A stretch of 64,000 nucleotides of DNA, taken from Scenedesmus sp. PABB004 (lineage: Eukaryota). The notes under the pieces are model-generated. The model worked only from the letters and a program-made list of their open reading frames with translations, made no database searches and was not told where the DNA came from. The stretch is taken from the NCBI GenBank assembly GCA_014905635.1, contig JABVCE010000047.1, positions 1 through 64,000 on the forward strand. Reading direction: 5' to 3'. A program made the position numbers and the translations under genes. Positions 12,343 to 22,458 of the stretch are shown piece by piece (the stretch's first letter is position 1; each line of letters begins with the position of its first letter).

Positions 12343-14668
12343 TCACACCAGGGCGAGCATGGACTGCCACATCATGTCCTTGATCACCCACCGCGGCGGC
12401 AGCACGCGGCCGTCGGGCAGCACCGTCGGCGACGCCTCCTGCTGCAGCCCCCAGAAGTAGAAGACCTTTTGGATGGTGTTGGTGTCGCCCTCGAGCACGT
12501 TGCCAAACTTGTCCCGCGTGCACTTGAGCTGCTGGCACGCAAACTGCACCACCACGAGCGGCTCCTCCTCCACCATCTTGAGCTCCACCAGCTCCGGCTC
12601 GCCCGTGAAGAGGATGGTCGGGTCCTCGTACAGGCCCTGCACGCGTGCCCCCAGGGCGGCGGCGGCGCGCGGCTCAGCAGCGCGCGGTGAGCGCTGGCCG
12701 TGAGCGCGGGCGGCGAGCACACACGCGCGGCGCGGCGGCGGGGCCCGGGCAAGCTGCGCGGCGGGCCGCGGCCCGGGCCGCGGCGGCGGGACGCATGCGG
12801 TCACCTCTGCCTCAAAGTGCTTGAAGATGCCCTCCAGGCGCTCGAGCAGCTCGGGGCCGCAGTGCTTGCGCAGTGTGGGCAGGTCGTGAGTGAGGAAGGC
12901 CTTGACCACGCGCGGCGCGTCGTACCTGGCACCAGGCGCACGGCGGCGGCGGCGGCGCGCGTCAGCGGCGCGGCGCCCGCTGCGATGCTCGCGCGGCCCC
13001 ACCGGCCGCGCGGTGGCTGCGCGCGCGTGGGGGCCGCACCGCACGCCCTCGAGCAGGCGGCTCATGTCGAAGCGCGGGTCGCGGCCGCGGATGAGGGCCA
13101 TGGCGGCGGCGGTCTCGCTCATGCCAAAGAGCTTCTCCTTCACGTCCTGCACGGCGCCACGGCAGCGGCGGCGGCGCGGCGCGCGTGGGCCCGCGCGCGC
13201 AGCGCAGCGCGGCGGCCGCCCTGCCACGCCCCGCCACACAACATGCGCGAGCGCGTCCGCCCCCCGCCCGCCCCTCCTCCGTTCTCACCTCGACCTTGTG
13301 CACCGCGGGGTGGTCGCTCGTCTCGTAGCGGTCCCGCAGGTCGTCCGCCAGCTCGGCGCCCTTCTTGTACACCTGACGTGGCGCCACCACACCCACCACG
13401 CGCGCGGCGGCGACGCGTGAGCGCGCGCCCGCGCGCCGCCCGGCACGCGCGCCGCCGCTGCTGGCGCCGCCGCAGCCGCCGCTGCCGCTGCCGCCCGTTG
13501 CGCGGGGCGCTGGCGCTGGCGCGGGCGCGGGCGTCGCACCGTGCTGTCCTTGATGTCGACGCGGCGCAGCTTGGCAAAGATGGGGTGGTGCCCGAAGCGG
13601 TCGTACAGGTCGGCCAGCAGGCGGTCAAACGCGCCCTGCGGCGCCTTGACCGCCGCGAGCGCGGTCGGGCCCTCGTACGCGGCGTCGGGCGCCTGCGGAC
13701 GCGGCGGACGCGACGGCGGACGCGGCGGCGCGCGTCGGCAAGGGCGCGGGCGCGCGTGCGCCGCACTGCCGGGCAGCGCGGGGCGCGGCGCGCCCTCTAC
13801 GCCAAGAACACAACACCGACGTCAACAAAGCAACGCCCCGCACGGCGCGGCGGCGCGGCGGCGCGCTCACGCACCTGATAGACGGGCCCCTCGTAGGCGC
13901 GCGTGAGGCTCGCGCCCTCCTCCTTGGGCAGCACCGCCTCGGACACCTCGTGCCGCACGCGCGCCCACGCCGCCGCCGCGCGCGCGCCCAGCGGCTGCGG
14001 CGGCTCGTCGCCGCCGCCGCCGCCGCCGCCGGCGCCCAGGCGCGAGGCGAAGGAAGCAAAGTGCTGCCTGAAGCCGCCAAAGCCTGCGCCGGCGTCGCCC
14101 GCGCTGCTGCTCGCGCCGCCGGCCGCCTCCTCAGCCGCTGCTGAGGAGGCACCGCCGGCGCTGCTGCTGCTGCTCGCCTCCGGCTGCTCGGGGGCCTGCT
14201 CCGGCTGCGACCGCGGGCGGCGGCGGGGCGGGGTCGGCGCGCGCGCGCCAGCGGGCGGGCACGCGCCGGCGCGCAGCCGCCGCCGCACCTGCTGCTGGTC
14301 CTTGGCGGACGACGACAGCTGCGCGGCATGCGGCCAGCTGCACGCAGTAGGGCAGGGGCGGCGTGGGCGGGGGGCGCGGCTCGTGAGCCGCCGCGGCCGG
14401 CGCGAGGGCCTGCGCGGCCGCACGCGCGGGCAGCAGCGCGGCGCGCATGCGGCCGCCGCCGCCCGGTCCCCACCTGGCTCCCCCCAGGCGGCTGGCCAGC
14501 ACGCCGGACAGGCGCAGCAGCGCGGGCGCGGCCGCCGCGCCGGCCTGCGCGCCCACCGCCTGCGGCAGCAGCAGCGGCCGGAGATGAGCGCCCGCGGCGC
14601 GCGGCCGCCCCCTTGCCAGGCGCTGCGGACCACCGCACCGATCGCATGAGCGCGCCAGCCGTCTGCAT
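12343..14668 (-). CDS. TIM44: Mitochondrial import inner membrane translocase subunit TIM44
   Basis: LRDRYETSDHPAVHK; SETAAAMALIRGRDPRFD; VVVQFACQQLKCTRDKFGNVLEGDTNTIQKVFYFWGL; RWVIKDM. Arg-rich presequence from ATG 14668. Confidence 0.9.
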
Positions 14669-15008
14669 GCTGACCACCAGCGCGCGCAGCGCGCGGGAGG
14701 GTGCGCGGGTGCGCGGTGCGTGGGAGAGCGCGCCGGCGCGCGATGCGGGGGCGTGGTGGCAGCGCGGCGCCACCTCTCGACTTTCCGTCGCACTGACTGC
14801 TCAGGGGCGGCGCAGGCCCGGGGGCATCCCACAGGTCGACAGGGCGGGTGGTGCGCTGCTGCGCCCTCGCACACGCGGCTGCTGCGGCCCCTCCACGGCG
14901 CATCCGCGCGCCAGTGCTGTCCCACGTCCGCGGCTGCCCACGCGCCGCAGCCCGCGCGCCGCCGCGCCGGCAGCCCGCCCGTCGCAGCAGCGCGGCGCGC
15001 CGCTTGCG

Positions 15009-17924
15009 ATGCTCGCCGCCGCCCGATCGCGCGCCGGCGCGGGCGCCGCGCGCGGCCCCGCCAGGCTGCCGCAGCAGCGTGGCAGACCGACGGGCGCGGC
15101 GGCGCCGAGGAGGCCCCGCGCGGCCGCGCCGCCGGCGCCGGCGTGGTCGGCGCTGCTGCCGCGGAGCGCGGCGCCGGCAGTCGAGCAGCAGCCCGCCGGC
15201 GCGCCTGGGGGGCAGGCGGCGCCCGAGGGCACTGGGGACGAGGAGGCCTCGTTCAACTGGCTGCAGGCGTGGTACCCCGTTGGCATCGTCAGCCAGCTCG
15301 ACGACGCGCGGCCGGTCGCGACGATGCTGCTCGGCCGCCCCATGGTCATCTGGCGCGCCGGCAGCGAGTGCGCGCGGCGGCCGCGGCGGCGGCCATGGCC
15401 GCGGCGCCCCTGGCCAGAGCGCACGCGGCGCGCGCGGCGGGCTGCGCCTCACACCGCCCGCCCCGCCCGTGCCGCAGATGGGTCGTGATGGCGGACCGCG
15501 TGAGCCGCGCCGCCGCGGCGAGGCGGCCGCTGCGGCGCGCCGGCGCCCGACGCCGCTGACGGGCCCGCCGCCCGCCGCCCGCCGCCCGCCGCCCGCCGCC
15601 CGCCGCCCGCCGCCCGCCGCCCGCCGCCCGCCGCCCGCCGCCCGCCGCCCGCCGCCCGCCGCCCGCCGCCCGCCGCCCGCCGCCCGCCGCCCGCCGCCCG
15701 CCGCCCGCCGCCCGCCGCCCGCCGCCCGCCGCCCGCCGCCCGCCGCCCGCCGCCCGCCCGCCGCCCGCCGCCCGCCGCCCGCCGCCCGCCGCCCGCCGCC
15801 CGCCGCCCGTCAGTGCCCCCACCGCCTGGCGCCGCTGAGCGAGGGTCGCATCGACGCCGCCACCGGCAACCTGATGTGCTCGTACCACGGGTGGGAGTTT
15901 GACGCGACGGGGCGCTGCACGAGCATCCCCCAGGTGCGGCGCACGCGCCTGCCGCCGCGCCTGCCAGAGCCCGGGGCGGGCGCGGCGCCGTTGCCGCGCG
16001 GCGCCGACGCCGCCGCCCGCCGCCGCCCGACGCGTCCCCCAGATTGGCGACGCCAAGGCGGCGGCGACCGCGTGCGCCAGCGGGCGCACCTGCGCCGTCA
16101 CCTACCCGACGCAGGTCGCGCAGGGCCTGCTGTGGGTGTGGCCCGACGCGGCCAGCCCCGAGCTCGCGCGCGCGACCCCGCCCGCGCTGTGCGAGCAGTG
16201 GGGCGCGCCCGGCTGGACGCTGCTCGGCGGCGAGTGGTTTGCGCGTGACCTGGAGTACGGCGTGGACACGGCGTTTGAAAACCTGTGAGCGCGGCGGGCT
16301 AAAGGAACCCGGGCGCGCGGCCGCGCCCGCTGGCGCACGGCGCCGCGACGCGCGGCACCTCACCAGTCACGCGCCGCGCCGCCTCCCGGGGCCCCTCTCA
16401 GGTTTGATCCCTCCCACATCCCCTACGCCCACCACGGCATCATGGGCGACGCCACGCGCGACAAGGCGCAGCCGCTGGCGATCGACACGCTCGCCGACGT
16501 CACGCCGCGCGGTGCGTGCGCGTGCGCGGCCGCGGGCGGGCACGCGCCGCCGCCGCCGCCGCCGTCCACCGCCCGCGCGCCCTCTGCTGACCGCACGCCG
16601 CGCGCCCGCCGCCGCCGGCCGCTGACCGCACGCCGCGCGCCCGCCGCGGCGCAGGCGGCTTCCAGCTGTTCCGGGACAGCGCACCGTACCGCACCGCGTC
16701 GCGCGCCGACAGCGTCAACACCTTTGTCCCCCCCGTGCTCAACCAGTCGGTGCAGACCAACAAGGAGAAGGGCACCGCCCTCGCGCTCACCTTCTTCTGT
16801 GCGGGCGGGCCCCCGCTGCCGCCGCCGCCGCGGCCCCCGCGCCGCCGCCCGGCCCCGTGCATGCCCCGCGCGCCCCGGGCTCCCTGCCGCGCTCACGCGC
16901 CACGCCGCGCCGCGCCGCGCCGCCCGCGCGCAGGCGTGCCCGTCGCGCCGGGGCGCAGCCGCGTGACGACCGCGTTTTTCACCACGTCGCGGCTCCCGCC
17001 GCTCGCGCTGGCCATCGCGGCACGCATGCAGTGGGTGTTCCACCTCGGGCAGCAGCAGGTGCTGGACAGCGACGCGATGCTGCTGCATGTGCAGGTGCGG
17101 CGCCGCGCGCGCCGCCGCTGGTACGGGCAGTTCGCGCGTTGCGTTGAGCCGCGGCCGACCGCTGCCGGCGGCTGCTGTCGCGCGCCGCAGGAGCGGCTGC
17201 TGCACGAGGGCCGCGACCCCAACTGGCGCTCCGCCTTTTTCCTGCCTGCGGGCGCCGACACGGGTGACCGCCCCGCGCCGCGCCGCGCCGACACTGCGCC
17301 CGCCGGCCGCGGCCCGCCGCCCCCTCCTGACTGCGCTGCCTGCCCCGCGCCCCTCCCGCCCGCCGCCAGGCATCATCAAGTTCCGGCAGTGGTTTGACGC
17401 GGCCGGGCCCATCCCGTGGCCGCCGGGGCTCGCGGGCACGGGCCTGGGCCCGCCCAAGGCGCGGGAGGTGGTCATGGATCGCTACGCCCAGCACACAGCG
17501 CACTGCAAGGACTGCAGCGCAGCGCTGCGCGCGGCGCAGCGCCTGCAGGTGGGCCCGCGCGGCGCGGGCGGCGGGTGGGCGCGGGCGCAGCACGGGCCTC
17601 GGGCGCCGGCGCGCCGGCCGACGGTCGCCGCCCTCTGCCGGCCTCCCCCGCGCGCGCCCGCAGGCGCTCGCGCTGGGCCTGGCCGCAGTTGCGGGCGCGG
17701 CCTGCGTTGCGGTGCTCACGGCCGCGGCCTCCGGCGCGGCGGCGGCGGCAGCGGTAGCGACGGCTGGCCCGGCGGCGGGCGCGCTCGGCGCGCTCGCGGC
17801 GGCGCCGGCCTGGGCGGGCGGCGCGCTCGGCGCGTTCGCGGCGCTCTCGCTCGCGGCGCACGTGGCCCTGCGGCGGCTGGCGGCCCGCTTCGTCTACGTT
17901 GACTACGTGCATGCCGACCGCTGA
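15009..17924 (+). CDS. Chloroplast Rieske non-heme iron oxygenase, PAO/PTC52/TIC55 family
   Basis: [10 protein letters not shown]; Rieske [13 protein letters not shown]...CSYHGWEFD; mononuclear Fe site [15 protein letters not shown]-terminal [13 protein letters not shown] followed by TM helices. Confidence 0.92.
15563..15809 (+). repeat. (GCCGCCC)n heptamer tandem array, about 35 copies, inside a Rieske-gene intron
   Basis: Near-perfect 7-bp periodicity (translates as PPAARR-type repeats in the ORF track). Confidence 0.95.
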
Positions 17925-17938
17925 GCGTCGTCGTACGG

Positions 17939-18477
17939 TGGCCTGCGGGCACCCGCGTGCACCGCTGCGTGCGCGCCCTGCAACCGCCGCGCCGCGCTGT
18001 GCTCTGCGCCCGCGCCCGCCGCCGCCCGCCGCCGCCCGCCGGCGCCAGCCCGCGGCGCGCGCTCAAACGGGCGTGGCGGTCGCAGCGCCTCGCCCTCGTC
18101 GCCGGCAGCTGGCGCTGGACTCTCGTGCGCGGGCAGCTAGTGTAGGAGAGTGCGCGTGTTCGACGCAGCGGCCGCCCTCGCGCGCGCCCGCCCGTGCCGC
18201 CCGCTGCCCGACGCCGCACACACACACGCCGCCGCCACCATGAGGCTGCAGCCCCGCACCGCCCCGCGCGCCGCGCCCGCGCCGCGCCACGCTGCAGCGT
18301 CGCGCCTCGCGCCGCGCGCTGCGCCCGCCGCCCCGCCCGCCGCCCGCCGCCTCGCCGTGGCCGCGAGCGCCGCGCCCAGCGACGACCGCGCGGCCAGCCG
18401 CAAGGGCAAGCAGTATGAGAGCAAGTCGCGCCGGAGGGGCCGCCCCGCCTGGTGCGGCGCGGCCGTGGGCCGCAGCG
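17939..18477 (+). repeat. Left arm of a ~540-bp inverted repeat (upstream region + exon 1 + donor of the RbcX-like gene)
   Basis: Reverse complement matches 21616-22155 with a few substitutions and short indels. Confidence 0.92.
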
Positions 18478-20615
18478 GCGCCGGGGACGTGCGGGCGGGG
18501 CAGATCTTCCGCCCGCGTGGCGCGCCGGGGCGGCAGGGGCGCGGGCGCCGGCGGCAGCGCCCGCCGATGGCCCTCAACCCCCGCACCCGCGCCGCGGCGC
18601 GGCCACGCCTCGCCGCCAGGATGCGGAGCCCCTACGACACGCCCCTGCGCGACGGCAACCGGGACAGGCTGATCGGGCTGCTCACGGAGCGGTGCGCGAC
18701 GACGCCGCGCGGAGGCCGCCGCGCCGCCGTGCCGGCCGCCGTGGCATGGCACACCCGCGCCCGAGGCCCCCTTCCCGGCAGCCCCCGTGGCGGCAGCGGT
18801 TGACGGGCGCGAGGCGCGCACCCCGCGCGCCCGCGCCCGTGCGACAACCCCGCGCCTGCGCGCGCGCGCAGGGCGGCCAAGACGCTGATGGTGTACCTCA
18901 TGGAGACCAACGCCAACGTGTACAGCTGGTTCGTGAGCTTCTACAAGGACAACCCCATCCCGCGGGTGCGGCCCGGGCCGGCGCAGGCCGGCGCAGAACG
19001 CAGGCCGGCGCGGCCGTGCCAGCGCGGCGCGCCCACGCCCGCCGCCGCGCCCGCCCGTCGGCGCCCGCAGAACGGCAACTGGGACGAGGTCAGCGGCGAG
19101 GCGTTCCTGCGCAAGCTGCTGTCGATGCCGATCGAGGAGGCCAAGTACAACACGGTCAGCCGCCGCAGCAGCGCAGCCGCCGCAGCAGCGCGGCGGCGGC
19201 GGCGGCGGCGGCGGCGCACCCCCTGCTGCACCCCCCCCTTCCCTGCGCGCGCCTGCCCGCCCTGCCCGCCCAGCCCTCACCCCCGTCCCCGCCCTCACCC
19301 TCGCCCCCGCCCCTCCCCTCTTCCGTCCCCGCGCCGGCTGCGGCGCCAGGGGCGCGACGAGCTGTTCGACAACGTGCCCTCCTGCGGCGTCGACCCGCGC
19401 AGCATCGCGCAGCGCGTGATGGACATCCGCTCCCAGCTCGCGACGGAGTTCATCCAGGAGCTGCAGGCCGTGGCCGAGGAGAACAGCGACCTCCTGCGGT
19501 GCGGCCCCCGCCGGCGGCGCGGCGGCCGCGGCGGCGGGGCCCAGCGCGTGGCGGGGGGCGAGCGCGCACCGGGCGCGCCGCGGCGGGCGACGCGCGTGGC
19601 GGCAGCCGGCTGACGGCCGCGCGCCGCCGCCCCGCCGCCCCGCGCGGCGGCGCAGGGAGACGCTGCAGACGTCGCTCACGACGACCGTGGAGGGCGCAGC
19701 GCTGCCGCCCAACGCCGCGCACCCGGAGCTCGCGCCCGGCGACGGCAGCGGCGGCGCGCCGCCGGCCGCGCAGGGCGCCGCGCCGGGCGCGGCGGCGCCG
19801 GGCAAGCCGGGCGGCGCGGCGCCGGACAAGGCGGCGCCGAGCCCCGGCGCCGACCGGCCGACGAGCAACCCGCGCAAGCTGGCGGGGCGCATGCGCAACC
19901 TGGCCACGCCCAGCAGGCAGGGCTACCACAGCAGCTGGCGCACGACGGCCCAGCCCGGCGCGGCGCCCGCGGGCGACAGCGCCGACAACGCCGCCGCGGT
20001 GGCGGCGCTCAACGCCGCGCTCAACGCGCCGCTCGCGCGCCACCCGGGCGACGGCGCGGCTGCCGGCGGCGGCGGCGCTGCTGCCGGCGGCGGCGGCGGC
20101 GCGGCCGCCGGCGGCGACGGGCTGGACCTGGCGCAAGTCATCGCGTCGCTGCAGCGCTCGCTGGAGGCGGACATTGTTCAGCTCACGAGCTGGGCGCCGG
20201 GGGACGCGCCCGCGGCGGCGGCGCCCGAGCAGCCGGCCGGCGAGGGCGCGCCGGCGGAGGCGCCCGGCGCCGCCGCCGCGCCTGCGGAGCCTGCGCCGGC
20301 GCCGGGCGCCGCGTCTGCGGCGGCGCAGCTGCAGCAGCAGGACGCGCAGCAGCCGGCCGCGGCGGGCGAGGGCCCGCGGCCGCCGGCGGGCGCCGCGGCG
20401 GGGGCGGCGCAGCCGCCGCCGCGCCCGCGGCGTGCGAGGCGTCGCCGCACGGCGGCGCGGCGCCCGCGGCGTCGCTGCCCAAGGGCTGGGGCCCGCGCCT
20501 GGGCACGGGCTACAGCTTGCTGGCGGCCACCAACAACATCGTCGCGCTCGGCGGCCCGGGCCTCACCGCGGCGACCGCGGGCGGCGGCGGCGGCGGCGCC
20601 GCGGCGCAGCAGTGA
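18240..20615 (+). CDS. Chloroplast RbcX-like (Rubisco assembly chaperone fold) protein with internal insertions and long Ala/Gly/Pro tail
   Basis: Transit peptide, then LLTERAAKTLMVYLMETNANVYSWFVSF...SGEAFLRKLL...PRSIAQRVMDIRSQLATEF...EENSDLLRETL. This parallels RbcX (T..AVRTVL..L.ETNP..a.WL..F; DGE.fl..L; LA.RIM.VR..LA). Frameshift near 20420; inferred stop 20613-20615. Confidence 0.75.
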
Positions 20616-21615
20616 GCGCGGCCGCGCCGCAGCGGTGAGCGCGGCCGCGCCGCGTGAGCAGCGCAGCGGCGGGCGTTGGGGCGGCCGGCCCTGGTCGCCG
20701 GCGGTTGTTGGGAGCGCGTGGTCGTGGAGCGTCGCGGGGCCCTGCTGGGCCGGGTCTTGGGGGCCTGCGGGCCGCGCCGCGCGGGGGGCCTGCGCCCCCT
20801 GCGGCGGCGCGCGTGCGCGCCCTGGGCAGCTGCAACGCTGCTACATGCACTGTTGGGTCGGGCTGGGCGGCGCTGTCGCTGCCGCTGCTGCTGTTGCTGC
20901 TGCACGTGCACACGCACCGCCGGGCGGCTGCTGCATCGGCACGCGGCCGCGCGGCCCGCCCACGCCCGCGCGCACTGCGGGCGGGGTGGTTTGATGGAGA
21001 GCGCGGCGCATGCCGCCCATCGTCGGCGGCGGCGAGGTTTCGTGGTCGTGCTTTGGGCTGCGCGCGGCCCCGCCTAGCAGCCGGGACTCGGAACCCCTCC
21101 CTCTGTCAGGCCAGGTCAGGCGGGCGGCACTTGGTGGGCGGCGCCCCCACGCAGCCCCAGCTGCGGCCGCCCACCCTATTATGGGTATTGGTAGAGGGGC
21201 GGAGCTGCGGCGCGGAGCTGCGGGCCCGCGGGCGCTGCTGCTGCTACTGCTGCTGCTGCTGCTGCTGCGAGCATGAGCGCGCGAGGGGGCAGCGCGGCCG
21301 CGCCGGGGCGCCGCCGCCGTTGCGCGCGCGGGCCCCGCGCGCCGCCGCCCCCCGCTGGAGCGACACCCCAGCAGCACCATTGCCAGAGGCGAGGGCGCGA
21401 GGGCGGGGCGGGCGACGCCGCTTGCTTGCTGCCGACGACACGCTGACGCGCCGACTGATTGCTTCACCGTGTACCAACACCAACACCACCGCAGCATCGC
21501 GGGCCCCTTGTACACTACACTCACAAGGCGGCGCGGCCGCGTGCCGTTGCAACTGACTTCTTCTGCTCCGCCGACCGCCGCTCGCTCGCTCGCCGCCTCC
21601 TTGTGCCCCGCTCCT

Positions 21616-22155
21616 CGCTGCGGCCCCGGGCCCACGGCCGCGCCGCACCAGGCGGGGCGGCCCTTCCGGCGCGACTTGCTCTCATACTGCTTGCCCTTGC
21701 GGCTGGCCGCGCGGTCGTCGCTGGGCGCGGCGCTCGCGGCCACGGCGAGGCGGCGGGCGGCGGGCGGGGCGGCGGGCGCAGCGCGCGGCGCGAGGCGCGA
21801 CGCTGCAGCGTGGCGCGGCGCGGGCGCGGCGCGCGGGGCGGTGCGGGGCTGCAGCCTCATGGTGGCGGCGGCGTGTGTGTGTGCGCCGTCGGGCAGCGGG
21901 CGGCACGGGCGGGCGCGCGCGAGGGCGGCCGCTGCGTCGAACACGCGCACTCTCCTACACTAGCTGCCCGCGCACGAGAGTCCAGCGCCAGCTGCCGGCG
22001 ACGAGGGCGACGCCCGTTTGAGCGCGCGCCGCGGGCTGGCGCCGGCAGGCGCCGGCGGGCGGCGGCGGGCGGCGGCGGGCGCGGGCGCAGAGCACAGCGC
22101 GGCGCGGCGGTTGCAGGGCGCGCACGCAGCGGTGCACGCGGGCGCCCGCAGGCCA
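21616..22155 (-). pseudogene. Inverted partial duplicate of the RbcX-like 5' region (upstream region, ATG, transit-peptide exon, GT donor)
   Basis: Minus-strand MRLQPRTAPRAAPAPRHAAASRLAP...KGKQYESKSRRKGRPAW is identical to exon 1 except for one R>K. No downstream RbcX exons follow. Confidence 0.85.
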
Positions 22156-22458
22156 GGCGCACATGTGAAGCAGACCGCCGCATCCGCGCCAGCAACGCGG
22201 AGCCGACAACAACAGCCGACAACAACTCAACAGCGCAATTGGTTCATGAGTGCAATGTGCAGAGTATTGGTTTGCACGCGGCCCCGCAGGCGCGGAGGCT
22301 GGTCCCACGTTGCCCTCTCCCCGCCCGCTGCTGCAGCTCCGCCCTCGCCGCCGCCCGCGCGGGCGCCGCCGTCAAGCCGGCGCCAGCACACGCGCAGCGG
22401 GCGCGTCGCCGCCGTCGTGCAGCCGCCCGCGCTGCAGGACCGCCGCCTCTGCGGCGGC

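Noticed and set aside
15563..15809. Tandem array considered as CRISPR-like or as a coding repeat
   Set aside because: No spacers. It is a simple heptamer satellite inside an intron of a eukaryotic gene.
20841..21615. Minus-strand ORF continuation after the duplicated exon, considered as a real gene
   Set aside because: No coding bias or recognisable domain beyond the duplicated exon. Kept only as a possibility within the inverted-repeat finding.
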